Assembly: GCA_048538275.1 (NCBI GenBank)
Contig: JBLYPW010000002.1
Coordinates: 103,927 to 167,926, forward strand
DNA from: Candidatus Komeilibacteria bacterium
Lineage (GTDB): Bacteria; Patescibacteriota; Patescibacteriia; UBA1558
DNA length: 64,000 nt
Reading direction: 5' to 3'
The notes below the pieces were generated by a model, which saw only the letters and a list, made by a program, of their open reading frames with translations, made no database searches and was not told the origin of the DNA. Within the stretch, counting starts at the first letter, position 1, and each line of letters begins with the position of its first letter. This document shows positions 1-9,944 of the stretch, in pieces. The translations under genes were made by a program, and so were the position numbers.

Positions 1-62
1 ATCATTGGGCGGTGATCAAAAGAGATCGTCAAGAAAAAACAGCTTAATTTATTTATTATTTG

Positions 63-121
63 GTGGGACCCAGCTGTAGAGATATGATCAATCATATCTC
101 TACAGCTGGGGTTATTACCAC
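63..121 (+). promoter_or_regulatory. Putative L1 autoregulatory leader with a perfect 20-bp hairpin
   Basis: GTGGGA...ACCAC frame directly upstream of rplA. It encloses the perfect inverted repeat cccagctgtagagatatgat (69-88) / atcatatctctacagctggg (91-110). Confidence 0.55.
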
Positions 122-134
122 GAAAGGAAATTTT

Positions 135-809
135 ATGTCAAAAAGAATGAAGGCTGCTAAAGCCAAAATTGATAAAACCCAAAAATATCCAATTGCTGAA
201 GCAATTGCTTTGTTAAAGGAAGTTAGTCAGGTGAAGTTTGATCCAACGATAGAAATTCACGTGCGTTTGAATATTGATCCTAAAAAATCAGATCAACAAG
301 TACGGGGCGCAATTAATTTACCAAATGGCAGTGGCAAGCAGAGAAAGATTGCCGCTTTTGTTGGTCCGGACAAAGTTAAGGACGCACAAGGTGCTGGCGC
401 TAGTTTGGTTGGCGGCGAAGACTTGATTGCTGAGATAAAAAAAACCGGTAAAACCGATTTTGACGTTGCGGTGGCCACGCCTGATATGATGGCTAAATTG
501 GCGGTGATTGCCAAAAATTTGGGACAAAAGGGTTTGATGCCCAATCCTAAAGCCGGCACCATCACTACTGATATTAAGAAGGTTGTGACTGATTTGACTA
601 AAGGCATGATTAATATAAAGAATGACGCCAGTGGCAATGTACACGCTGCCGTTGGTAAGCTTTCTTTTACGGACGATAAGCTAGTTTCCAATGTTGAATA
701 TTTTATGGACGAATTAAAGAAGATGAAGGGTGAAGGAGTCAAAAGTAATTTTATTATAGCTGCTTATCTCACCTCATCTATGGGTCCGAGCGTGCCGATT
801 GCTTTCTAG
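135..809 (+). CDS. rplA: 50S ribosomal protein L1
   Basis: KFDPTIEIHVRLNIDPKKSDQQVRG, LGQKGLMPNPKAGT and SSMGPS motifs; ATG at 135 after AAAGGA. Confidence 0.97.
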   Translation: MSKRMKAAKAKIDKTQKYPIAEAIALLKEVSQVKFDPTIEIHVRLNIDPKKSDQQVRGAINLPNGSGKQRKIAAFVGPDKVKDAQGAGASLVGGEDLIAEIKKTGKTDFDVAVATPDMMAKLAVIAKNLGQKGLMPNPKAGTITTDIKKVVTDLTKGMINIKNDASGNVHAAVGKLSFTDDKLVSNVEYFMDELKKMKGEGVKSNFIIAAYLTSSMGPSVPIAF

Positions 810-831
810 ATTATTGTTTGAATTTATTGAT

Positions 832-863
832 AAAACCCGTCTAGTCTTATTAGGTGGGTTTTT
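832..863 (+). terminator. Rho-independent terminator
   Basis: aaaacccgtcta...taggtgggttttt hairpin with T-run after rplA. Confidence 0.7.
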
Positions 864-965
864 ATTTACCCTCCAACCTTGAAGGTCTTGGGGTATGTTT
901 TCCACATTTGGTGAGTAATTGATATATCTGCTACAATAAAGAAAGCTAATTATTCTCACAAGCCT

Positions 966-1469
966 ATGAGCAAAGGAAAATCTAAGCATATTCGCCCCAG
1001 TTGGGATGAATATTTTTTAAAAATTATGGAAACGGTGGCTTTACGGGCTACTTGTGGTCGTGGTCGTGCCGGTTGTGTTATTACCCATGAAAATAGGATT
1101 ATTTCTACTGGTTATGTTGGCGCGCCACCGGGCATAGCGGATTGTGATGAGGTTGGCCATCTAATAATACAGTCAACTAATGAAAATGATGACTCTGGAG
1201 AATTGCATGACCATTGTGTACGGACGATTCATGCCGAGCAAAATGCTATTGTACATGCTGCGAGAGTGGGGACTGCTTTGCAGGGTTCAACATTATATTG
1301 TCGGATGGAGCCTTGTGCTGTTTGCGCCCGTCTGATTATTGCCGCTGGTATCAAAAGAGTAGTCTGCCAACATAAGTATCATACGGCTGGTTATACCAGA
1401 GATTTATTTAAGGAAGCAGGCGTGCGACTAGATGTTTTAAATGATAGTGATGTAACATATGAAACATAA
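966..1469 (+). CDS. comEB: dCMP deaminase (ComEB family)
   Basis: RPSWDEYF, HAEQNA and PCxxC zinc motifs. Confidence 0.92.
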   Translation: MSKGKSKHIRPSWDEYFLKIMETVALRATCGRGRAGCVITHENRIISTGYVGAPPGIADCDEVGHLIIQSTNENDDSGELHDHCVRTIHAEQNAIVHAARVGTALQGSTLYCRMEPCAVCARLIIAAGIKRVVCQHKYHTAGYTRDLFKEAGVRLDVLNDSDVTYET

Positions 1470-2049
1470 TAAATTAGTCTGTATAGTGGGTTTGACTGGT
1501 GCGGGAAAAACTGAAATTGCCAATTATTTTAAGGACCAGGGTTATGCCTATGTTCGTTTTGGTCAGATTACCCTAGATGAGGTTGCCAGGCGTGGCCTGG
1601 AGCCAACTGAGGAGAATGAAAGACCTATTCGTGAAGCTTTTAGAAAAGAATATGGACCGGCCGCTTATGCTATTTTAAATATGCCCAAATTTGATGCTGG
1701 GTTGCAGAAAAGCAATGTTATTGGTGATGGTTTATACAGTTGGGATGAGTTTAAAGTTCTCAAAGAAAAATATGGTGAAAATTTTATTGTCATTGCCGTG
1801 ATAGCCAAGGCCGGCATTAGATATGCTCGGTTGGTAAATAGAGCAGAAAAACACGGTGCTGATCCTAAGATGATTTATCGTTCTGCCACCTTTGAGGCTG
1901 CTCAAGCCAGAGATTATGCGGAGATTGAAAATATTGCTAAGGCGGGGCCAATTGTGATGGCTGATTATACGATTGTTAATGAAGGCACGATGGCAGAATT
2001 TCAAGAAAAAATAAAACAGTTATACAATACAATAAACAATGAAAATTAA
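1459..2049 (+). CDS. P-loop nucleotide kinase (dephospho-CoA kinase/NMP-kinase-like)
   Basis: N-terminal GLTGAGKT Walker A; C-terminal ADYTIVNEG; located inside the dTTP operon. Confidence 0.75.
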   Translation: MKHNKLVCIVGLTGAGKTEIANYFKDQGYAYVRFGQITLDEVARRGLEPTEENERPIREAFRKEYGPAAYAILNMPKFDAGLQKSNVIGDGLYSWDEFKVLKEKYGENFIVIAVIAKAGIRYARLVNRAEKHGADPKMIYRSATFEAAQARDYAEIENIAKAGPIVMADYTIVNEGTMAEFQEKIKQLYNTINNEN

Positions 2050-2461
2050 AGTAAAAAAATTATATCCAGAGGTTCAGCTTCCTAGTTATGCCAATCAGGG
2101 AGACGCTGGCATGGACGTTTTTTCTTTAGAGGATAAAATATTACAGCCGGGAGAGCGGTATTTATTTAAACTGGGTTTTGCTATGGAAATCCCGGATGGA
2201 TACGTGGGGTTGTTTTGGGATAAATCCGGCATAGCCGCTAAACACGGTATTCATACTTTAGCCGGCGTTATTGATTCGGTTTATAGAGGAGAGTTTGGCG
2301 TGGTTATGTTAAACACCGGTGATGTAAGCTATGAATTTCAAAAAGGAGATAAACTTGCCCAGCTCTTAATACAGCCCATTGCCAATCCTGAGCTTGAAGA
2401 AGTTGCAGAGCTTTCGGATACTAGTAGAGGCGAAGGTGGCTGGGGCAGTACCGGTAAATAA
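2039..2461 (+). CDS. dut: dUTP diphosphatase
   Basis: AGMD, KSG, GVIDSVYRGE, AQL and RGEGGWGSTG motifs. Confidence 0.97.
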   Translation: MKIKVKKLYPEVQLPSYANQGDAGMDVFSLEDKILQPGERYLFKLGFAMEIPDGYVGLFWDKSGIAAKHGIHTLAGVIDSVYRGEFGVVMLNTGDVSYEFQKGDKLAQLLIQPIANPELEEVAELSDTSRGEGGWGSTGK

Positions 2462-2476
2462 TTAGTTTATATAATT

Positions 2477-3373
2477 ATGCAACAATATTTGGATCTTTTG
2501 GACAAAATAATGAAGGAGGGAATTGATAAGGGCGACCGTACTGGCACGGGCACGCGTAGTATTTTTGGGCAACAAATGCGTTTTAATTTGGCGGACGGCT
2601 TTCCTTTATTGACTACAAAAAAAGTTCATCTCAAATCTATTATTCACGAACTAATTTGGTTTGTACACGGCGATACCAATATAAAATATTTAGTTGAAAA
2701 CGGTGTGCGTATATGGAATGAGTGGCCTTTTCAAAAATATTTGGAAGCCAATAATTTAACCGGCAAGTTTCCGAAATATACCTCTGAATGGGATGAGCAG
2801 ATGAAAATATTTGTTGACAAGATTAAAAATGATGATGAATTTGCTAATCAGTGGGGGAGTATAGGTCCTGGTTATGGCAAGCAGTGGCGTGATTTTAATG
2901 GCGTGGATCAGCTGGCGGAGGCTATTGAAAAAATAAAAAATAATCCCAATGATAGGCGTATTATTGTGTCAGCTTGGAATCCATTTGAGATAGACAAAAT
3001 GGCGTTGCCCCCTTGTCATATGTTTTATCAGTTTTATGTGGCCAATGGTAAATTATCATGTTTGATGTACCAACGCAGCTGCGATACTTTTTTAGGCGTA
3101 CCTTTTAATATCGCTTCTTATTCTTTGTTTACTATGATGGTTGCGCAAGTGACAGGTTTGCAGCCAGGAGAATTTATTCATGTATTGGGTGATACACATA
3201 TTTATAAAAATCATTTTGATCAAGTTCAAGAACAATTGAGCCGTGCTCCCAGGTCTTTGCCCACCATGAAGATAAATCCTCGGGTAAAGAATATTGAAGA
3301 TTTTGTTTATGAGGATTTTGAATTAATGGGTTATGATCCTTATCCGACAATTCATGCCCCAATATCTGTATGA
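2477..3373 (+). CDS. thyA: Thymidylate synthase
   Basis: DRTGTGT, ALPPCH and [14 protein letters not shown]. Confidence 0.98.
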   Translation: MQQYLDLLDKIMKEGIDKGDRTGTGTRSIFGQQMRFNLADGFPLLTTKKVHLKSIIHELIWFVHGDTNIKYLVENGVRIWNEWPFQKYLEANNLTGKFPKYTSEWDEQMKIFVDKIKNDDEFANQWGSIGPGYGKQWRDFNGVDQLAEAIEKIKNNPNDRRIIVSAWNPFEIDKMALPPCHMFYQFYVANGKLSCLMYQRSCDTFLGVPFNIASYSLFTMMVAQVTGLQPGEFIHVLGDTHIYKNHFDQVQEQLSRAPRSLPTMKINPRVKNIEDFVYEDFELMGYDPYPTIHAPISV

Positions 3374-3870
3374 AAAAACCAAGGCTTAGCACCATAGTGG
3401 CTATAGACAAAAATAGAGGGATTGGTAAAAATAATAAATTATTATGTCATTTGCCCAGTGATTTACGTCGTTTTAAAAAGATCACTAGCGGGCATGCCAT
3501 TATAATGGGCAGCACCACCTTTGAATCTATTGGTCGTCCCTTGCCAAATCGTACCAATATTGTATTAGCTTTTGATAAAAATTATAAAGCCGAAGGCTGT
3601 TTGTTATTTCATGATTTAGATAAGGCGATTGCTCATGCCAAAACCATTGAACCAGAGGAGATATTTATCACCGGTGGGGCCTCTATTTACCAACAGACTA
3701 TTGATCAGATTGACCGGTTGTATATCACCGTTATTGACTATGTATTTGAGGCGGATACTTTTTTCCCGTCTTATGATGAATTTAATAAATTAATTAATAA
3801 AGAGGAGGGAGAAGACGGAGGTTATAAATATAAATTTTTAGTATTAGAAAAGGAGGACAAAAATGGCTAG
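3370..3870 (+). CDS. folA: Dihydrofolate reductase
   Basis: [31 protein letters not shown] and DTFFP. Confidence 0.96.
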   Translation: MKKPRLSTIVAIDKNRGIGKNNKLLCHLPSDLRRFKKITSGHAIIMGSTTFESIGRPLPNRTNIVLAFDKNYKAEGCLLFHDLDKAIAHAKTIEPEEIFITGGASIYQQTIDQIDRLYITVIDYVFEADTFFPSYDEFNKLINKEEGEDGGYKYKFLVLEKEDKNG

Positions 3871-4477
3871 AGGATTGTTCATTAATTTTGAAAGCATAGA
3901 TGGCGGCGGCAAAGATACGCAAATCCCTTTGTTGAGCGAGCGGTTGCAAAATCTTGGGCACCAGTTATTTATAGGTGTGGAGCCTACTTATAATTTTCCA
4001 GCTGGTCAGCGTATTCGTCAGATTTTAGCTCATAAGCTACCGGCGCCAGAGCCGGCCAAGATGCAGTATTTATACTATGAGGATAGAGTTGCGCATGTTC
4101 ATACTATGCTTGAGCCTATTTTAGCAGCCGGGGCGATAGTTTTGGAAAACAGATATATGTTTTCTACTATGGCCTATGGTATTGCTTTTGGTGTAGATTA
4201 TGATTTGATTCGCCAGTGGCATAGTGATATGCCATTGCCGGATATTAATTTTTATTTAAAAGTATCTCCGGCAGTAGCGATTGAGCGTTTGACTAAAAAA
4301 GGCAAGCTAGAATATTTTGAGAAGTTAGAGTCCCTGACACGGATTAGCGAGTCTTATGATCAATTATGGCAACGAACGGAGTGGAAAGATTCAGTAGTCA
4401 TTATCAACGGTGAACAAACTATAGAGAAAATACACGAAGAGATATGGAGTCATATCCAAGCTAAACTGGTCGCCTAG
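3863..4477 (+). CDS. tmk: Thymidylate kinase
   Basis: FINFESIDGGGKDTQ P-loop; ENRYMFSTMAY; PD motif. Confidence 0.93.
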   Translation: MARGLFINFESIDGGGKDTQIPLLSERLQNLGHQLFIGVEPTYNFPAGQRIRQILAHKLPAPEPAKMQYLYYEDRVAHVHTMLEPILAAGAIVLENRYMFSTMAYGIAFGVDYDLIRQWHSDMPLPDINFYLKVSPAVAIERLTKKGKLEYFEKLESLTRISESYDQLWQRTEWKDSVVIINGEQTIEKIHEEIWSHIQAKLVA

Positions 4478-4491
4478 CGACCAGTTTTTTT
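4463..4491 (+). terminator. Rho-independent terminator
   Basis: aaactggtcgc-cta-gcgaccagttt plus T-run, overlapping the tmk stop. Confidence 0.8.
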
Positions 4492-4616
4492 ATCAACAAA
4501 GAGCAACACATTGGCTGTCTTGTGGCGTTTTTTACACTTGTAAGCAAAAAGGTTTAATGCTAATATTATTATATGCCAAAAATTCAACTTTTTAGGTTAA
4601 ATTCTGGTAAAAAAAT

Positions 4617-5852
4617 ATGAAATCAAGACTAAAGCAAAATTGGCTGGCCGCCTTTTTTTTGTTGATAATATTTCCCTTATTTACGGTGTTGTTTTATCAG
4701 CATTATATTGCTTATAATGATGATCAAGGCATTGCTGAGCAAGCAACCGCCGCGGAACCGCCTAACCAAGTTTTGACCATACCTATTGGTAGTGGTGACG
4801 CCTATGGGAAGCTAATGGCTGAGGCCGGGTGGAGCGTAGTTGATTATCAAGGTATTTACAATGCCGCGCACGATATTTATGACTTGGCTAATGTCAGAGC
4901 TGGTAAAGAATTAGAATTGACTATACGCAAAGAGGATAATGTTTTATTGGCATTGGTATATAAAATAGATAGTGAGGACGAATTGGTAGTAGAGCGACAA
5001 GAGACAGAGGATGGTGCAGATGCTTGGCAAGCTAATAAACAGCCAATACCTTATGATATAAAAATCAAACACGCTGACGGCACCGTAACTTCATCCATGT
5101 ATCAAGCAGCACAGGAAAATGATATTGATGAACGAGCGATTATTGCCTTGGCAAATGCTTTTCAATGGAGCATAGATTTTGCTATGGATCCACGAGTGGG
5201 TGATACTTTTCAGTTGGTTTATGAAGAGCGCTACTTGGATGGCAAGTATATAATGCCGGGCAAGGTATTAGCCGGTCAGTATATCAACGATGGTACTACA
5301 TTTGAGGTATATTATTTTGAGGAGGATGATAGTAATATTGGCTATTTTGATGCGGACGGTAATTCAGTCCAGAAAATGTTTTTGAAAGCGCCGGTAGAGT
5401 TTAAGTATATTTCTTCTGGCTATACTACTGGCACGCGTGTAGTGATGGAGGTGGGTTTAGTAGGGCCGCATCGGGCGATTGACTATGCTGCAACATATGG
5501 TAGCCCGATACGAGCGGTGGGTGATGGCGTGATTACTTCGGCCGGCTGGTCCGGTTGTTATGGTAATTTAACAGCTATCCGACACAATGCTACATATACC
5601 ACTCGTTATGCGCATCAGTCTAAGATTATTGTTAAAGTTGGCCAGCGTGTTAAGCAAGGCGAGGTCATTGGTTATGTTGGTTCTACTGGCTGTTCTACTG
5701 GTCCTCATGTTCATTTTGAAATGATAAAAAATGGCGTTAAAATTGATTCATTGCAAGAGGTTTTACCACCAGGTAAGCCCATTAAGGATGAACATAAAGA
5801 GCGTTTTTTCCAAACGATTGTTCCTTATCAAGCCATGTTTAAACAAAAGTAA
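4617..5852 (+). CDS. M23 peptidoglycan DD-endopeptidase (MepM-like)
   Basis: N-terminal TM; HRAIDY (HxxxD), YAH and STGPHVHFE. Confidence 0.92.
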   Translation: MKSRLKQNWLAAFFLLIIFPLFTVLFYQHYIAYNDDQGIAEQATAAEPPNQVLTIPIGSGDAYGKLMAEAGWSVVDYQGIYNAAHDIYDLANVRAGKELELTIRKEDNVLLALVYKIDSEDELVVERQETEDGADAWQANKQPIPYDIKIKHADGTVTSSMYQAAQENDIDERAIIALANAFQWSIDFAMDPRVGDTFQLVYEERYLDGKYIMPGKVLAGQYINDGTTFEVYYFEEDDSNIGYFDADGNSVQKMFLKAPVEFKYISSGYTTGTRVVMEVGLVGPHRAIDYAATYGSPIRAVGDGVITSAGWSGCYGNLTAIRHNATYTTRYAHQSKIIVKVGQRVKQGEVIGYVGSTGCSTGPHVHFEMIKNGVKIDSLQEVLPPGKPIKDEHKERFFQTIVPYQAMFKQK

Positions 5853-5853
5853 T

Positions 5854-6573
5854 ATGGGAGAAAGGCATGATTTAGGATTTGTGCATCATCGTTCTTCGGC
5901 CATGGCGAATGCTATTCGCGAGGTGGTTTTTGGCATGGAAGATGGTATGGTCTCTACCCTTGGTGCGATAACTGGTATTGCCGTTGGTAGCCATAGCTCT
6001 TTTATGGTGCTGCTTTCTGGTCTGGTAATTATTATGGTAGAGTCTATTTCTATGGGCGTGGGTTCTTACTTATCAAATCGTTCGGCTCATGATATTGATA
6101 AGCGAAAGTTAGGAGAAGAGGAGTTTGAAATTAAACATTTTTTGCCAGAAGAAGCCGAAGAGATGTTGGAGCTGTTTCAACGTGATGGATGGCCGGATAG
6201 ATTAGCTATGGATATGGCAAAGGCAGCCAGCCAAGATAAGGATTTGATGCTAAAGGAAATGGCTTATCGTGAATTAAACGTTTATCCTTATAAGACAAAT
6301 CGATTTAGCCATAATGCTTGGTTTATGTTCACCTTTTATATTTTAGGCGGTTTTATTCCTTTAAGCGCTTATATTTTTTTCCCTCTACAGCCGGCCATGA
6401 TTATTTCCGTGATACTTACTTTGCTGGGTCTATTTATTTTAGGCGCAGTAGTAACAAAATATACGCGTCAGCTTTGGTGGAAAGGAGCTTTACGTATGTT
6501 ACTGTTGGGCGGTTTAGCCTTGGCAGTCGGTTATACTATAGGTAGGCTAGGGGATATGTTTTTAGCGGTTTAA
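5854..6573 (+). CDS. VIT1/CCC1 family Fe/Mn transporter
   Basis: VFGMEDGMVS and ISMGVGSYLS motifs; TM helices. Confidence 0.9.
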   Translation: MGERHDLGFVHHRSSAMANAIREVVFGMEDGMVSTLGAITGIAVGSHSSFMVLLSGLVIIMVESISMGVGSYLSNRSAHDIDKRKLGEEEFEIKHFLPEEAEEMLELFQRDGWPDRLAMDMAKAASQDKDLMLKEMAYRELNVYPYKTNRFSHNAWFMFTFYILGGFIPLSAYIFFPLQPAMIISVILTLLGLFILGAVVTKYTRQLWWKGALRMLLLGGLALAVGYTIGRLGDMFLAV

Positions 6574-6580
6574 TTTGATA

Positions 6581-6617
6581 AAAATACCCAGCTCCTGGTA
6601 AGAAGCTGGGTTATTTC
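6581..6617. terminator. Bidirectional terminator-like hairpin
   Basis: cccagct...agctggg between convergent genes. Confidence 0.55.
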
Positions 6618-6655
6618 ATATGGATATTAGGGGATAGAAAAGTTTGTATTTTTTA

Positions 6656-7156
6656 TTAAATTCTTTCAAATTCGGCAGTTTCTAATTCGGCTAAATAAAG
6701 TTCTAAACGTAGGGCATTGAGATGAAAGGGTTGGTAAGAAGCAACTGGAGATTCTTTTACCAAATACCACTGATTGTCACGTTTGAGAAAGATAGCCGTT
6801 CCATTTTGTACGTGCCTAATCTTATCATTGCTAAAATCATAGAGAATGTTAGGCATAGTAATGGGGACGGTCACAATCATAATTTGTTCATTGGCCTCTG
6901 TCTGTAAATAATTCATATTGCCATTATGCGCCAGTTGTAAAAGTTTATCAGCATTTTCTTGTCGCCAAGCATTTATGAGTATTTGTCCAGAATTAGTTTG
7001 CAGTGCGGCTAGATCTCTGTTTATGCAGGTCACTAAGGGAAAATTAGATTTGTCTAGCCAATCATCGTTGGCGTTATGCAAGCGCTCCCAAAGTAGAGTT
7101 AGTGATTCTTCTGATAAGATCAATTGACCAGTAATATAATCATATCCATATTTCAT
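6656..7156 (-). CDS. Hypothetical protein
   Basis: 166-aa ORF with GGAGG upstream; no recognised motif. Confidence 0.6.
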   Translation of the reverse strand: MKYGYDYITGQLILSEESLTLLWERLHNANDDWLDKSNFPLVTCINRDLAALQTNSGQILINAWRQENADKLLQLAHNGNMNYLQTEANEQIMIVTVPITMPNILYDFSNDKIRHVQNGTAIFLKRDNQWYLVKESPVASYQPFHLNALRLELYLAELETAEFERI

Positions 7157-7272
7157 TGAATCCCTCCAATCTGTTAAAGAGCCTTTAATTTATTCCTCCA
7201 TTTTTTCTTATTTATATTATAGCGTAATATAAAAATTATTACTAATAGTGAGTAGTTATTTTTGTGGAAAAA

Positions 7273-8199
7273 CTATTTAATACTGGCAATGACTTTTTGT
7301 AGAAGCTTGGCAGATTTTTGTAATTGTTGTTTTTCCTGATTATTGAGTATGGGAGTCACAGTGTTGATTATGCCTTCACAACCCACTACTCGGGGCATGC
7401 TCAGACAAATATTTTTTATACCGTATTCTCCTTGCAGACGGTGAGAAAGCGGCAAAACCGTGTGTTCATCAAATAAAATAGCTTTGATTAAAGCTGTGGT
7501 CCCGGCGCCGATTGCATAATAAGTCGCTTGTTTTCCAGCGATAATGGCATAAGCAGCATTGCGGGCGGACTGGAATATTTTCTTTTTATCAATTGCAGGT
7601 ATTTTATGGTATTTATCTACTGGGGTATTGCCAATTGTAGCGGTACTCCAAATAGGGAATTCACTATCACCGTGTTCGCCGGCAATATAGGCATGCACGC
7701 TGCGTGGATTGACATTTAAATATTGGCCCAGCAACCAGCGAAAACGAGCAGAGTCAAGTAATGTTCCGGTACCCATAATTTGGTTGGCTTTTTTGGGGTA
7801 CATTTGGATAGCTAGATCGGTTAATATGTCTACGGGGTTAGTTACGATCACCAAAGTTATTTTGGCATTAGCACGGAATATTTTAGGTAAGATTTTTTTA
7901 AGAATAGCAGCGTTTTTTTTCACTAGACTTAAACGGCTTTCACCTGGTTTTTGATTAGCGCCACAAGCTATTATTGCTACGTCGCTATCTTTTATATCAT
8001 TATAATCACCGACTTTAACACGGCTATATCCTAAGAAAGGTAAGGCATGTTGTAAGTCCATTACCTGGGCTGTGACCAGCTCTTTATTTATATCAATAAG
8101 CGCTATTTCTTCCGGCAAATTAGCGGCTAGTAAGCTATAGGCAATGGTACTGCCGACAAAGCCGGCGCCAATGATAGTAACTTTATTTTGCGTATTCAT
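7273..8199 (-). CDS. ldh: L-lactate dehydrogenase
   Basis: GAGFVG, QKPGESR, NPVD, LDSAR and GEHGDS. Confidence 0.95.
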   Translation of the reverse strand: MNTQNKVTIIGAGFVGSTIAYSLLAANLPEEIALIDINKELVTAQVMDLQHALPFLGYSRVKVGDYNDIKDSDVAIIACGANQKPGESRLSLVKKNAAILKKILPKIFRANAKITLVIVTNPVDILTDLAIQMYPKKANQIMGTGTLLDSARFRWLLGQYLNVNPRSVHAYIAGEHGDSEFPIWSTATIGNTPVDKYHKIPAIDKKKIFQSARNAAYAIIAGKQATYYAIGAGTTALIKAILFDEHTVLPLSHRLQGEYGIKNICLSMPRVVGCEGIINTVTPILNNQEKQQLQKSAKLLQKVIASIK

Positions 8200-8313
8200 A
8201 GGTTTAACTTGCTTTATTATTTATTAATTGTTTATATTATAAGCTATTGAGTTGATTTTAGATAGGGAGGGCTTTGACGAAGTGAGTAAAAAACATTATA
8301 ATTAAGCTATATT

Positions 8314-9603
8314 ATGAAACAATTCTGTTCCAATTTAGCGGGTCAATTTATTGGCCAAACAGTCACCCTCAAGGCTTGGGTGGCTAATTTTCGTAGTAGC
8401 GGTAAAATCTATTTTTTGGAGCTGCGTGATGGTTATGGTTATATACAAGCAATAGCTTCGCAGGGTGACGTAGATGAAGCATCTTGGCGTGCTCTGGGAG
8501 AGCTTAGTCTGGAAACGTCGGTTATTGTGGAAGGAGAAGTTGCCAAGCATCCCAAGAAAGATGCATATGAACTTCATTTGACTAGAGTGTCCATTGTGCA
8601 AAAAGCTGATGAATATCCGATTAGCAAAAAAGAGCATGGCATTGAATTTTTATTGGATCATCGGCATTTGTGGTTGCGTTCGTCTCGCCAGGTGGCTATT
8701 CAAAAAATACGCAATACAGTTATCAATGCCATTTATCAGTATTTAAATGATAATGGTTTTATTAAGATTGATTCGCCTATTTTGACGCCAACTGCCTGTG
8801 AAGGCACCACAGAGCTATTTGCTTTGGATTATTTTGATCAGCGTCAAGCTTATTTGTCCCAATCCGGCCAATTATATTTGGAAGCGGCTATTGCTGCACA
8901 TAGTCGCGTATTTGATTTTGGTCCGGTGTTTAGAGCGGAAAAATCTAAAACCAGACGGCATTTGACCGAGTTTTGGATGATGGACGCGGAAATGGCTTGG
9001 TTTGATCAAGAGGAAAATATGAAATTACAAGAAGAATTAATCAGCTATATCGTGGCTCAGGTATTGGAAAAAAATCAAATTGAATTAAATATTTTAGAAC
9101 GTAATCAAGAACCTTTAAAAAAAATAAAGTCACCTTTTATTCGGATGACGCACGCAGAGGTAGTAGTCAAGCTTAATAAATTAGGTAGTAATATTAAGCC
9201 CAATGAGGATTTGGGTGGCGATGACGAGACTTTACTTACCGCTGATGCGCAGGTGCCAATATTTGTTACTGATTGGCCGGCCGAAATAAAGGCTTTTTAC
9301 ATGAAGCGCGATAAGGCTGATAAATTGGCTTTATGTGATGATATGATTGCGCCGGAAGGTTTTGGTGAGATTATCGGCGGCAGTCAAAGAGAAGATGATT
9401 ATGACACTTTATTAAAACGTATAAAAGATCATAAATTACCGGTCAAGGATTTTCAGTGGTATTTGGATTTACGTAAGTATGGCAGCGTGCCTCATTCTGG
9501 ATTTGGGATTGGTTTAGAACGTTTGGTGGGTTGGCTATGCGGCACGAAACATATTAGAGAAACCATTCCTTTCCCACGGTTGATTAATAGATTGGAGCCT
9601 TAG
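8314..9603 (+). CDS. asnS: Asparagine--tRNA ligase
   Basis: YLSQSGQLYLE, FRAEKSKTRRHLTEFWM and PHSGFGIGLER. Confidence 0.96.
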   Translation: MKQFCSNLAGQFIGQTVTLKAWVANFRSSGKIYFLELRDGYGYIQAIASQGDVDEASWRALGELSLETSVIVEGEVAKHPKKDAYELHLTRVSIVQKADEYPISKKEHGIEFLLDHRHLWLRSSRQVAIQKIRNTVINAIYQYLNDNGFIKIDSPILTPTACEGTTELFALDYFDQRQAYLSQSGQLYLEAAIAAHSRVFDFGPVFRAEKSKTRRHLTEFWMMDAEMAWFDQEENMKLQEELISYIVAQVLEKNQIELNILERNQEPLKKIKSPFIRMTHAEVVVKLNKLGSNIKPNEDLGGDDETLLTADAQVPIFVTDWPAEIKAFYMKRDKADKLALCDDMIAPEGFGEIIGGSQREDDYDTLLKRIKDHKLPVKDFQWYLDLRKYGSVPHSGFGIGLERLVGWLCGTKHIRETIPFPRLINRLEP

Positions 9604-9605
9604 TT

Positions 9606-9800
9606 ATGAATAAAACAAATAACAGCGCGTGCATAAATGGTCAGAATTTGTATATGGCAACAAAGGCAAGTCCCCAGGGTGCGTGGTTTGTTAATTTAAA
9701 AAAAGTTTAAAATATATTAAAAAGTAAGTATAGCGTCAGCAAGACTCTTGGTTTTCTAGGTTATGTTAAGGAAAATTACGTAAAAATAAAAAGGCTCCTC
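9606..9800 (+). pseudogene. Degraded, truncated NYN-domain (LabA/DUF88) gene
   Basis: Translates MNKTNNSACINGQNLYMATK...WFVNLKKV*NILKSKYSVSKTLGFLGYV. This resembles the NYN N-terminus (FIDGQNL...KYxVxKAYYFLGY), with D>N, an in-frame stop and truncation. Confidence 0.6.
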
Positions 9801-9944
9801 AGGCACAGGGCCGTTCGGATCCTTTTCTATCTATGTCTATTATATGATGGTTATAAATCAAGGTAATGACAAAAAATACTGTAAAAAAGCCAAAATTTAA
9901 CAAAAAAGCTACTTTAGTTAATTAGTAAACATTTGAGTATCATT

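Noticed and set aside
293-742. Antisense and shadow ORFs over rplA, and similar ones over dnaK, dnaJ, aspS and other genes
   Set aside because: They lie fully within well-supported genes and show no motifs.
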